Shown here: in pieces, positions 36,440-44,708 of the stretch
Layout: each line of letters starts with the position of its first letter
Numbering within the stretch: position 1 is the stretch's first letter
NCBI GenBank assembly: GCA_014879675.1
Contig: JACSRQ010000098.1
Coordinates: forward strand, 1-59,108
Direction of reading: 5' to 3'
DNA from: Ignavibacteria bacterium
GTDB lineage: Bacteria > Bacteroidota > Ignavibacteria > Tepidaquicellales > OLB5
Length of the DNA: 59,108 nucleotides
Notes under the pieces: model-generated
Database searches by the model: none
Told to the model about the DNA's origin: nothing
The model's input: only the letters and a program-made list of their open reading frames with translations
Position numbers and translations under genes: made by a program

Positions 36440-37408
36440 ATGGAAGTAGTACAGTACGAAAAAAAACATCATGATTCATGGGAAGAATTTGTAAACAGTT
36501 CTTCTAACGGCACAATATTTCACTCAAGAAAATTCCTCTCTTACCACTCACCCGATAAATTCACAGATAATTCGCTTCTTTTCTTCGATGAAGGCAGGCT
36601 TACCGCTGTTTTCCCCGCTGCTGATATCAAAAGGGACGGGCTCAAAGTCCTCTGGTCGCATATGGGCGCTTCATACGGCGGACTTGTTCACGCAGAGAAT
36701 CTTAGCATAAAGCAATCGTTTGACCTTACACAGAGCCTCATTGATTACGCACTCAGAGAGAAGTTTGAAAAGATCGTATCAACAAGTGTTCCAGTAGTTT
36801 ATCAAAAACGGTATAACCAATACCTCGATTTTGCGTTCGTGAAGAACGGCTTCCAGTACCAGAAGAGGGAAGTAACAAGCGTTATAACGCTGGATGTTGA
36901 TGAAGATAATGTAATGAAGCTTATCAAGCCTGAATCCAGAACCTCGGTTCGCAAGGCTGAAAAGCTTGGTGTGGTTATTAAGAAGTCAAACGATTTTGAC
37001 GAATATTACCGCATACTTGAGAGCAATCTCGCAATGCGCCACGGAGTACAGCCCGCACATTCACTGGAAGAGCTTTACAAGCTGAAAGAGCTTTATCCCC
37101 AAAAAATACAATTGTTCGGCGCATACCTTAAGAACAAAATGATAGCCGGCGTTGTTAATTTTTACTGCAATGATAAAGTTGTGCTGGTGTTTTATATCAG
37201 CCATAATCAGGAGTACCAGCAGTACCGCGCAGTGAATCTGCTGTTTTATACAATTATGAAAGATGCCATCAGCCGCGGGCTTGGATTCCTCGATTTCGGA
37301 CTGTTTACTGTGAACATGGACCCGAACTGGGGACTCGGAAAGTTTAAAGAAAGCTTCGGTGCGCGCGGAATTCTCAGAGATACATATTTCCTCGATCTAA
37401 AATACTGA
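36440..37408 (+). CDS. FemAB-like / GNAT-fold acyl(aminoacyl)transferase
   Basis: Two-lobed GNAT-like pattern common in EPS loci (WEEFV...GTIFHSRKFLSYH; KPESRTSVRKAEKLGV; C-terminal LDFGL...GLGKFKESFGA). Confidence 0.6.
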   Translation: MEVVQYEKKHHDSWEEFVNSSSNGTIFHSRKFLSYHSPDKFTDNSLLFFDEGRLTAVFPAADIKRDGLKVLWSHMGASYGGLVHAENLSIKQSFDLTQSLIDYALREKFEKIVSTSVPVVYQKRYNQYLDFAFVKNGFQYQKREVTSVITLDVDEDNVMKLIKPESRTSVRKAEKLGVVIKKSNDFDEYYRILESNLAMRHGVQPAHSLEELYKLKELYPQKIQLFGAYLKNKMIAGVVNFYCNDKVVLVFYISHNQEYQQYRAVNLLFYTIMKDAISRGLGFLDFGLFTVNMDPNWGLGKFKESFGARGILRDTYFLDLKY

Positions 37409-37410
37409 TA

Positions 37411-38379
37411 TTGGCTGCTAAGAATAAAATTATTTTTCTTGTATTCTTTGCCGGCATTATACTTGGCTATTACCAGCTTGTTAGAACTGATGCGCCGAAT
37501 TATGAGCTGAAGAAAGTCAGGCATGAATCGATAGTAAATAATAGCATTGAATACCCATACAAGTACAGGCTCCTCAATCCGTACATTACTCAGGTCTGGA
37601 TAACAGCTTTTAAAGCAGCGCTCCCAGAAAAGGCAGCTTTTCTTGCGGGGTATTTCCTGCAGAATGTGATCGTCTTCTCATTTATGCTTTTTTGCCTGCT
37701 GAGATTTTTCAGGCTGTGGTTTGATGATACGGGGGCGGTGATATGCCTGCTGCTGTTCGGGCTGCTTGTACCACTCTCGCTGACTGGGTACGATGTTCTG
37801 GGCGATATGACTACAGCCGGTATAATGGCACTTGGATTCTACTTCATCAACATGGGAAAAGAAAAACTGCTCTATCCGCTCGTCTTTATAGCCGCGTTCA
37901 ATGAATTGCAGCTTATCCTGCTTATCTCATTTTATTTCTTTGGTGCACCGGAAGGATTGAAGAATAAAAAGGTTTGGATCAACAGTGTACTGCTTACAAT
38001 TACTTTCCTTGCGGCATATGCAATTGTTTATTACTTACGGGGCGGTTCTGCCGGCGGAAGTGAGGTACAATGGTATTTCACCAAAGATGCGGCTTTTAAT
38101 ATAGCACATAAAGACTGGATCATACTATGGCTGCTTATGATAGCGCCATTCGTTTACTTCGTGTTTAAAGGATTTTCCGGCAAACCGGATTTTTTGAAAA
38201 AGAGCGCTGTAATAGTGCTGCCTTTATTTTACTTTCTTGCTTTTTTCTTCATAGCAAGACTGAGGGAAATTGATAAGGCGCTAACAATTTTTACAATTCT
38301 TATACCTCTTGCAGTATATTCATTATTCCCCAATCATGTAAAGGGTCATGAGCAAATTAAGGATGGCAAAAAGAGCTGA
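37411..38379 (+). CDS. Polytopic inner-membrane protein (~9-10 TM), candidate Wzy-like polymerase or GT-C-like enzyme
   Basis: TTG start 2 nt after the previous stop. Hydrophobicity pattern only, with no motif recognised. Confidence 0.45.
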   Translation: MAAKNKIIFLVFFAGIILGYYQLVRTDAPNYELKKVRHESIVNNSIEYPYKYRLLNPYITQVWITAFKAALPEKAAFLAGYFLQNVIVFSFMLFCLLRFFRLWFDDTGAVICLLLFGLLVPLSLTGYDVLGDMTTAGIMALGFYFINMGKEKLLYPLVFIAAFNELQLILLISFYFFGAPEGLKNKKVWINSVLLTITFLAAYAIVYYLRGGSAGGSEVQWYFTKDAAFNIAHKDWIILWLLMIAPFVYFVFKGFSGKPDFLKKSAVIVLPLFYFLAFFFIARLREIDKALTIFTILIPLAVYSLFPNHVKGHEQIKDGKKS

Positions 38380-40205
38380 TGTGCGGAATTTCAGGAATAT
38401 TTAATTTCGACGGCGCGCCTGTTAGTGAAGCCAGGCTCAGGGAGATGAATAACATCATTCATCACCGCGGACCTGACGGTCAGGGCGTGTTTACTGAAGG
38501 CAATGTGGGAATCGGCAGCACAAGGCTTGCCATTATTGATCTGCGTGAAATATCCAACATGCCTTTATATGATGCTCAAAACAGGTTTGTAATAGTCTTC
38601 AATGGTGAAGTATATAATTACATCGAAGTCCGAAAAGAACTTATACAAAAAGGGCATACGTTTCATACTGATTCTGATACCGAAGTTGTGCTGAACGCAT
38701 ACATGGAGTGGGGCGAAGAGTGCCTTCACAAGTTCCGCGGTATGTGGGCATTCGCAATTTGGGATAAGCAGGAAAAAACCCTGTTCTGCTCAAGGGATAG
38801 ATTTGGCATCAAGCCGCTATACTATTATAAAGATGAAAAACGGCTGATATTCGGCTCTGAAATAAAACAGATACTGGATTGCGGCGTAGATAAAAGCGTT
38901 AATGATGAAACTATATATGATTACCTCGTTTTCCATTTTATCGATCACACCGAAAACACATTCTTCAAAAATATCACTAAGCTGCAGGCCGGACACAAGT
39001 TCACAATAAAGAACGGACAGTTCAAAGTTTCCCGGTGGTACAACCTTCCCGAAAATAATGTAATGAAGGATACGCGGAACCTTTACAGCGATTTTTATGA
39101 CCTGCTGTATGAATCGGTTAACCTGCACCTAAGGAGCGATGTGGAAGTTGGAAGCTGCTTAAGCGGGGGACTTGATTCATCGGCAATTGTCTGCATCATG
39201 CATGAGATACTTCATAACGAAGGCAAGCCGGAAATACAAAAAACATACACTGCGGCATATGATGACCCGCTGATCGATGAGCGTCCATTTGTTGAAGAAG
39301 TGATAAAACAAACCGGTTCAACCGGGCATTACCTATTCCCCGATATAAACGGATTTATGGCTGATATTGACAGGATGACGTACCACCAGGATGAGCCTTA
39401 CACGGGTGCTACGGTTTTTGCCCAGTGGAGTGTGTTTAAAAAGATACATGAAACGGGAATCAAAGTAGTGCTTGACGGGCAGGGAAGTGACGAAGTACTG
39501 CTGGGTTATTTTTCGTTTTTCCCGTTCCATTTAAAACGCAACCTGCTCAATCCGGTAAAATTTATCAGCGAGTATCTGGGTGGTGTTAATACTTCCAATC
39601 TTGGATTCAACAAGTTCACACAAAACCTGATTTATTTCAATACAGGCTCAGTGCGATACCGGCATGTATTAAAGAACAGTCGCGCCTTCGTGAAAAATGA
39701 TTTTATAGAAGCATACCAGAGGCGGGGATTGTTCAATGATATGATAGCCGCAACAAGCCTTGAGGCTAACAGGCTATCCAATGTGTGGAATATTTCAATT
39801 CCCTCATTGCTTAGATATGAAGACCGCAACTCCATGGCTTTTTCTGTTGAAGCCAGGGTCCCATTCCTCGATCACAAGCTTGTGGAATACGTTTTTTCAA
39901 TTCCCTTAGATAAGCTCATACAAAAAGGGTGGACCAAAGATGTTATGCGCAAAGCTCTAAAAGGAAAAATTCCCGAGAGCATAAGAATGCGAAAAGGTAA
40001 GCTGGCATTTTCTGTTCCCCAGAAAAAATGGCTGAAAGAAATATCATCTTACCTGAAGGAAACATTCACCTCTGACCTCCGCTCCGGCAGATTCATTGAC
40101 AGGGATAAGGTTCTCGCAATAATTGATTCCGGCAATTTTAATGATAAAATGTTATACCGCGCCTTCGCGCTGGAAAAGTGGATGAAGGTTTTTGATCTGC
40201 ATTAA
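38379..40205 (+). CDS. asnB: Asparagine synthase (glutamine-hydrolysing) family amidotransferase
   Basis: Ntn nucleophile MCGI at the N-terminus, PP-loop SGGLDSS, and a typical length of 608 aa. Its ATG overlaps the previous stop. Confidence 0.85.
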   Translation: MCGISGIFNFDGAPVSEARLREMNNIIHHRGPDGQGVFTEGNVGIGSTRLAIIDLREISNMPLYDAQNRFVIVFNGEVYNYIEVRKELIQKGHTFHTDSDTEVVLNAYMEWGEECLHKFRGMWAFAIWDKQEKTLFCSRDRFGIKPLYYYKDEKRLIFGSEIKQILDCGVDKSVNDETIYDYLVFHFIDHTENTFFKNITKLQAGHKFTIKNGQFKVSRWYNLPENNVMKDTRNLYSDFYDLLYESVNLHLRSDVEVGSCLSGGLDSSAIVCIMHEILHNEGKPEIQKTYTAAYDDPLIDERPFVEEVIKQTGSTGHYLFPDINGFMADIDRMTYHQDEPYTGATVFAQWSVFKKIHETGIKVVLDGQGSDEVLLGYFSFFPFHLKRNLLNPVKFISEYLGGVNTSNLGFNKFTQNLIYFNTGSVRYRHVLKNSRAFVKNDFIEAYQRRGLFNDMIAATSLEANRLSNVWNISIPSLLRYEDRNSMAFSVEARVPFLDHKLVEYVFSIPLDKLIQKGWTKDVMRKALKGKIPESIRMRKGKLAFSVPQKKWLKEISSYLKETFTSDLRSGRFIDRDKVLAIIDSGNFNDKMLYRAFALEKWMKVFDLH

Positions 40206-40328
40206 GTTTACAGGATTTGAGGGATTTTTGTAGTCAAATATATTGCTCCCTTATTGCGGATAAATTGTTGAATTTTATGGTTTGAATTAAAATACTAAAT
40301 TAGCACGATTTGAACTAAACCTCATTTT

Positions 40329-41444
40329 GTGGAAACTAAAAAAGTTTTACATATCGCTCCCGAAAATACGGCAGGCGTGCCTTATAATGTAAAGAAAATG
40401 CAAAGTGATTTTGGCATGCCCGCAAGGCTTATTACTTTTTACAAGATACCCTTCGATTTCCCTGAAGATATTTGTTTGAATTTACCGCTGCCTCGCAGTA
40501 AGGTTGCTATGAAATGGCGCGAGTTCAAACAGTCAAACCTGCAGAACAAGATCAAAACTGAGCAGATAGATAAATGGACACACCTGCCATACTTCGCGCC
40601 TAAGAATGCCGCAGAAAAAGGGTATATGAAGCTAAGGGAGAACCGCAACAAGCCGAAATTCCTGAAAGCTCTTGATGAAGTTGATGCCGAAAGCTTTGAT
40701 ATCATTCATTTCGATGGCGGTATCGATTTCTTCCAGGATTCTCACCTTGCCAAAGCATTCAAAATGAAGGGCAAGAAATTGGTTAACTGCTATTTCGGCG
40801 ATGACCTGCGGACCCGGGGCATTGTGAGGGAAATGGATGAGATAGCCGACCTGAACCTAACCTTTGAATATGACCACACTCTTCGCCACCCAAACATAAA
40901 TTTTCTTTTCTTCCCGTTTGATTCCTCTGCAATAGAATACATAAGTGATGAAGATTACTGGGCTCCGCCCGCGGATGGTAAGCTGCGCATAATACACTCG
41001 CCAACCCAGCGGATTATTAAAGGTACTCCCGAGATAAATGCGGCTATCGAAGAAGTTAAAAAGCACAGGGATATTGAGTTCATTCTGGTTGAAGATACTC
41101 CAAGGGATGAGCTGCTGAAGATAAAGCGTACCTGCCATATAGCAATTGATCAAATAGGTAACAGGGGAGGCACAGGCTACGGCATAAATTCGCTTGAAAC
41201 GCTCTCTATGGGGCTGCCTACAATTACTGATATGAATTGCGGCATGGATACATGGCTGCCTGAAAATCCATTTACTGTAGCGGATAAAGATAGCCTGGCG
41301 GAAAAGATAATCGATTTGATCGACATGAAGGAGTACCGGAAAGATAAACGCGACGCTTCGCGAGGCTGGGTGGAGAAATATCATTCCTACGCCTCAGTAT
41401 TTGAAAAGATGAAGGAGTATTACATAAAAAGCGGCATATTATAA
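40329..41444 (+). CDS. Putative glycosyltransferase (GT-B/GT4-like)
   Basis: GTG start. C-terminal half resembles the GT-B nucleotide-sugar lobe (RIIHSPT...KGT...; GYGINSLETLSMGLPTI). Weak assignment. Confidence 0.45.
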   Translation: METKKVLHIAPENTAGVPYNVKKMQSDFGMPARLITFYKIPFDFPEDICLNLPLPRSKVAMKWREFKQSNLQNKIKTEQIDKWTHLPYFAPKNAAEKGYMKLRENRNKPKFLKALDEVDAESFDIIHFDGGIDFFQDSHLAKAFKMKGKKLVNCYFGDDLRTRGIVREMDEIADLNLTFEYDHTLRHPNINFLFFPFDSSAIEYISDEDYWAPPADGKLRIIHSPTQRIIKGTPEINAAIEEVKKHRDIEFILVEDTPRDELLKIKRTCHIAIDQIGNRGGTGYGINSLETLSMGLPTITDMNCGMDTWLPENPFTVADKDSLAEKIIDLIDMKEYRKDKRDASRGWVEKYHSYASVFEKMKEYYIKSGIL

Positions 41445-41478
41445 AAGCTCAACTTACAGGAGTCCAATCCCGGAAAAT

Positions 41479-42945
41479 TTGCCATCGCAAATAAGGAAAA
41501 TATTCTCTGATACGGTTATCTATACTGTAGGCAGCGTATTCAACAGGCTGCTGCCGTTCCTGCTGCTTCCGCTTTATACGCTTTATTTCCCCCCGGCCGA
41601 GTATGGCGTTTTCTCGCTGGTCTATTCTTTTTGGTTCTTTGTTTCGGTCTTTTATCTATACGGCATGGAAACTGCATTCCAAAAGCTATTTCTGGAGGCC
41701 TCAAGTGAGGGGGATAAGAAGAAAATCTTCAGCACCACTCTTATTATGATACTTGTAACTTCAGTTGTGTTTAGTATTGTTATATACTCGCTCTCAGGTA
41801 GTATTGCAGCCCTGTTGACGGGCAGCAGCGCAAATGGCGGACTCATCCGGCTGTTAGCTTTCATACTGGTGGCGGATTCACTATACCGCTTCCCGATGAT
41901 ACTCATCAACAGCATTCAGCGTTCTAAGCTCTATACCGCGGTAAACTCAATAGCCGTGATAATCAATGTTGCAGTCAACATTGTTCTGATAACGGTATTT
42001 AAGCAGGGGATAGAGGCAATTTTTTATTCATATCTGGTTTCATATTCATTTCTCTTTTTGATCTCCCTTGCTTACACATTGAAGTATTTCGGATTTTCGT
42101 TTGATACACACTCATTAAAAAAGCTTCTTTCTTCAGCCCACCTGTTCCTGTACTTCGGATTATTCCTTATATCTATGGATCTCATCGACAGATTTATATT
42201 GGAGTACTACAAGGGCACGGCTGTTGTGGGAATTTACTCGGCTTGTTACAGGATCGGGATTGTTATGAATCTTGCCATTACAGGATTTAAGGTTGCCTGG
42301 ACACCGTTTTTTATGAATCTGAAAAGTGATGAAAGTAATAAGGAAATTTTCTCGAAGATATTTACTTATTTCTGCTATGGCGGGCTGACTGCTTTCCTTG
42401 CCTTTTCCTTACTTGCTGATGACCTTGTGAAGGTTAACATTGGCGGATATACATTGCTCAATGATAAATACTGGTCCGGTTTGGTAGTTGTTCCATACAT
42501 TCTGCTTGCGTATTTATTTTCAGGATTGTATCTCAACCTGAATGTTGCATCATTTTTCAGCAATAAGATAAAATACCTTATCATTTCTTCTGCGGCAGGA
42601 TGTGTTAGCAATATCGCGTTCAATTTCCTGCTTATTCCGGAGTACTCTATGACCGGGGCTGCAATATCAACCCTGTTATCATACATGGTGATGTTTTTTG
42701 TACTGTACTATATTTCACAGAAAACGTACAGGATTGTTTATGAATGGAAGCCAATTCTAAAAGCGGCGGCGCTGACATTTCTTCTGTATGCTATAAATAT
42801 TTACATACCGCAATTATTAAATTTGAGCTATATTTACGTGCTTATTATTGAGTTTTTAAGCATTTTTACATTATTCTATGTGCTATTAGGTCCAAAAGCA
42901 ATAGAGTTGGCTAAGTCATACAGAGTTAAGAAACAGTTAAAGTAG
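41479..42945 (+). CDS. wzx: Polysaccharide flippase (Wzx / MOP superfamily)
   Basis: About 12-14 TM helices. N-terminal FSDTVIYTVGSVFNRLLPFLLLPLYT is typical of the PST family. Confidence 0.75.
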   Translation: MPSQIRKIFSDTVIYTVGSVFNRLLPFLLLPLYTLYFPPAEYGVFSLVYSFWFFVSVFYLYGMETAFQKLFLEASSEGDKKKIFSTTLIMILVTSVVFSIVIYSLSGSIAALLTGSSANGGLIRLLAFILVADSLYRFPMILINSIQRSKLYTAVNSIAVIINVAVNIVLITVFKQGIEAIFYSYLVSYSFLFLISLAYTLKYFGFSFDTHSLKKLLSSAHLFLYFGLFLISMDLIDRFILEYYKGTAVVGIYSACYRIGIVMNLAITGFKVAWTPFFMNLKSDESNKEIFSKIFTYFCYGGLTAFLAFSLLADDLVKVNIGGYTLLNDKYWSGLVVVPYILLAYLFSGLYLNLNVASFFSNKIKYLIISSAAGCVSNIAFNFLLIPEYSMTGAAISTLLSYMVMFFVLYYISQKTYRIVYEWKPILKAAALTFLLYAINIYIPQLLNLSYIYVLIIEFLSIFTLFYVLLGPKAIELAKSYRVKKQLK

Positions 42946-42959
42946 AACTTTAACTGTTT
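42931..42959 (+). terminator. Perfect 13-bp hairpin overlapping the wzx stop codon
   Basis: aaacagttaaagt-aga-actttaactgttt. It is AT-rich with only a short T tail, so terminator function is uncertain. Confidence 0.4.
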
Positions 42960-42964
42960 AGCTC

Positions 42965-42995
42965 TTGACAACAGTAATTAATATAATTATATTTG
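42965..42995 (+). promoter_or_regulatory. Candidate promoter for tRNA-Ser (TTGACA ... TATATTTG)
   Basis: TTGACA at 42965-42970 and TATATTTG at 42988-42995, about 38 nt upstream of the tRNA 5' end. Confidence 0.45.
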
Positions 42996-43032
42996 AAGAG
43001 CTTCTCCAATACTTTAAGGTAGTTTGTTAGTT

Positions 43033-43119
43033 GGAGAGGTGCGAGAGTGGTTGAATCGGACGGTCTCGAAAACCGTTGTAGCGGTAACGCTACCGTGGGT
43101 TCGAATCCCACCCTCTCCG
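43033..43119 (+). tRNA. tRNA-Ser (anticodon CGA)
   Basis: Hand-folded cloverleaf: acceptor GGAGAGG/CCTCTCC, anticodon arm ACGGT-CTCGAAA-ACCGT, long variable arm GTAGCG-GTAA-CGCTAC, and T arm GTGGG-TTCGAAT-CCCAC. Confidence 0.9.
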
Positions 43120-43201
43120 CTGAAGTTACCGGGTTGCGTCAGGTCTTGGTTTACCGGTTAAGTTCCTTGGTGAAGTTCTCAAATTTTAAATATAATTCCA
43201 C

Positions 43202-43711
43202 ATGAAGCCAAAAAATATCTTTCTTACAGCCCTCGTTTTCGCGTTTTTCCTTATGTCAAATATTTCAATCAAAGCACAGGACGACATGGATTTTGAAGAG
43301 TTCATGGGTATGATGTCTGAAACTCTGTCAGAAGATCAGCTCGATCAGCTTAGCTACAAGCTGCCGTGGAATATTACGGTCGTGGGCTACGGTTACGGCG
43401 ATTTTTCCGGAGACGGGAAAGACGATATAGTGCTTTCTGTTATTGATAAAGAAAAGACCCCGAAGAAATCCGTTGATGTGTATTTCTTCGAGAATGTAGA
43501 TAATGAATCTTTCAAGAAGATCAAGAAGAAAAATTATAAATGGTACGAAGTAACCCTGGAAGTGGCCTTTTTAATGAAGGAAGGGAAATGCTTTGTAACA
43601 TGCAGAGATGACAACAACTGGTATTTTACAGGCTATGAGATTCAGGATAGCAAGCTTGTTTCATCGGATCCGGAGAAATTCCCGATCGAGTTTGAAAATG
43701 CAGGCAATTAG
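43202..43711 (+). CDS. Secreted hypothetical protein with an FG-GAP/VCBS-like motif
   Basis: Signal peptide and a GDFSGDGKDDIV motif. Confidence 0.6.
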   Translation: MKPKNIFLTALVFAFFLMSNISIKAQDDMDFEEFMGMMSETLSEDQLDQLSYKLPWNITVVGYGYGDFSGDGKDDIVLSVIDKEKTPKKSVDVYFFENVDNESFKKIKKKNYKWYEVTLEVAFLMKEGKCFVTCRDDNNWYFTGYEIQDSKLVSSDPEKFPIEFENAGN

Positions 43712-43746
43712 TATTCTTTCCCCACTTAGAGCCTGCTTTCACGTCA

Positions 43747-43773
43747 CCCCGGCAATTTTGCCGGGGTTTTTTT
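43747..43773 (+). terminator. Rho-independent terminator
   Basis: ccccggca-attt-tgccgggg followed by T7. Confidence 0.85.
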
Positions 43774-43840
43774 ATTCCCCCTCGTGCCACGAATATCAAA
43801 GATCGATAGTCTGAAAAACCCTTTGGCTTCATTCATCGAT

Positions 43841-44007
43841 TTTCTCCGCACTCTAATTTCGTGGAACGAGTATTTTTTAAACTCTCACCTCACCCCCGGC
43901 CCCTCTCCTAAAAGGAGAGGGGATAAAGCCCTCGTGCCTTGCCCGCTTGTAGAGCCGAAGGCGAAATCCCGCTTGCGGGATCATACCTGCGAAGGCAGGT
44001 ATCTAGA
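43841..44007 (+). repeat. ~167-bp multi-hairpin direct repeat, copy 1
   Basis: Collinear with 44072-44237 (offset 231 bp). Contains cccctctcc-taaaa-ggagagggg, atcccgc-tt-gcgggat and atacctgc-gaag-gcaggtat hairpins. Confidence 0.85.
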
Positions 44008-44071
44008 CATAGAGTAAAGATAGCGCATGTATTTTCAGCACCGGTTAATCAATACTTCAAAACGTGGCGTC

Positions 44072-44237
44072 TTTCTCCACTCTCTAATTTCGTGGAACGA
44101 GTATCTTTTAAACTCTCACCTCACCCCCGCCCCCTCTCCTAGAAGGAGAGGGGTGAAAGCCCTCGTGCCTTGCCCACTTGTTGAGCCGAAGGCGAAATCC
44201 CGCTTGCGGGATCATTCCTGCGAAAGCAGGAATCTAG
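44072..44237 (+). repeat. ~167-bp multi-hairpin direct repeat, copy 2
   Basis: Same module order as copy 1. The last hairpin is attcctgc-gaaa-gcaggaat. Confidence 0.85.
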
Positions 44238-44349
44238 TCGAAGATCAAACACCAAGCAATGTTATGAGCACCAATCAATCTTAAATAGAATCGCCCAATC
44301 CCAGAAAAATTTGTTCTGTATGTTTAAAACTCATGTTGAAAATAATGTG

Positions 44350-44414
44350 CGACCCCGCTGGGGTCGTCATACTCCACATATCATCTCTATAAATGTGTGA
44401 CTCCTACGGAGTCA
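44350..44414 (+). repeat. 65-nt two-hairpin doublet (third copy in the window)
   Basis: cgacccc-gc-t-ggggtcg (44350-66) plus tgactcc-tac-ggagtca (44398-414). The spacing is identical to 27432-27496 and 30390-30454. Confidence 0.8.
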
Positions 44415-44708
44415 AAACCCAGTTTTAAATTCCCCTTGCAAAGGCCGAAACGATTTGCCTCTTTCCCAAACTCCAGTTTGGGAAAGCCATCTTCTCGTGC
44501 CACGTCTGCTTGTTAATCCGCACATGCTGCCTGTAAATATTTTTAATACAATTTCCCGCGAAGACGCAAAGCCGCAAAGATTCATAACTTCATGAATTCT
44601 CTATTGATTCCTTCATTACTAATTCCTAATTCTCTATCATGATTTCATCCAAAACTTACCTCTCTTTTTTTCCTATTCATAATTCTAATAAATCCTTAAA
44701 TTTGTATT

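Noticed and set aside
38379-40205. The asparagine-synthase homolog as a lasso-peptide cyclase (McjC-like).
   Set aside because: The N-terminal glutaminase nucleophile (MCGI) and full-length two-domain architecture are intact. No transglutaminase-like protease or short precursor ORF lies nearby. The polysaccharide gene context fits an amidotransferase.
43784-44284. ORFs 43784-44017, 43939-44142 and 44027-44284 (+) in the purB upstream region.
   Set aside because: They are translations of the 231-bp-offset hairpin repeats (P/G/R/S-rich strings such as SPKRRGDKALVPCPLVEPKAKSRLRD). They lack start contexts and overlap each other in different frames.
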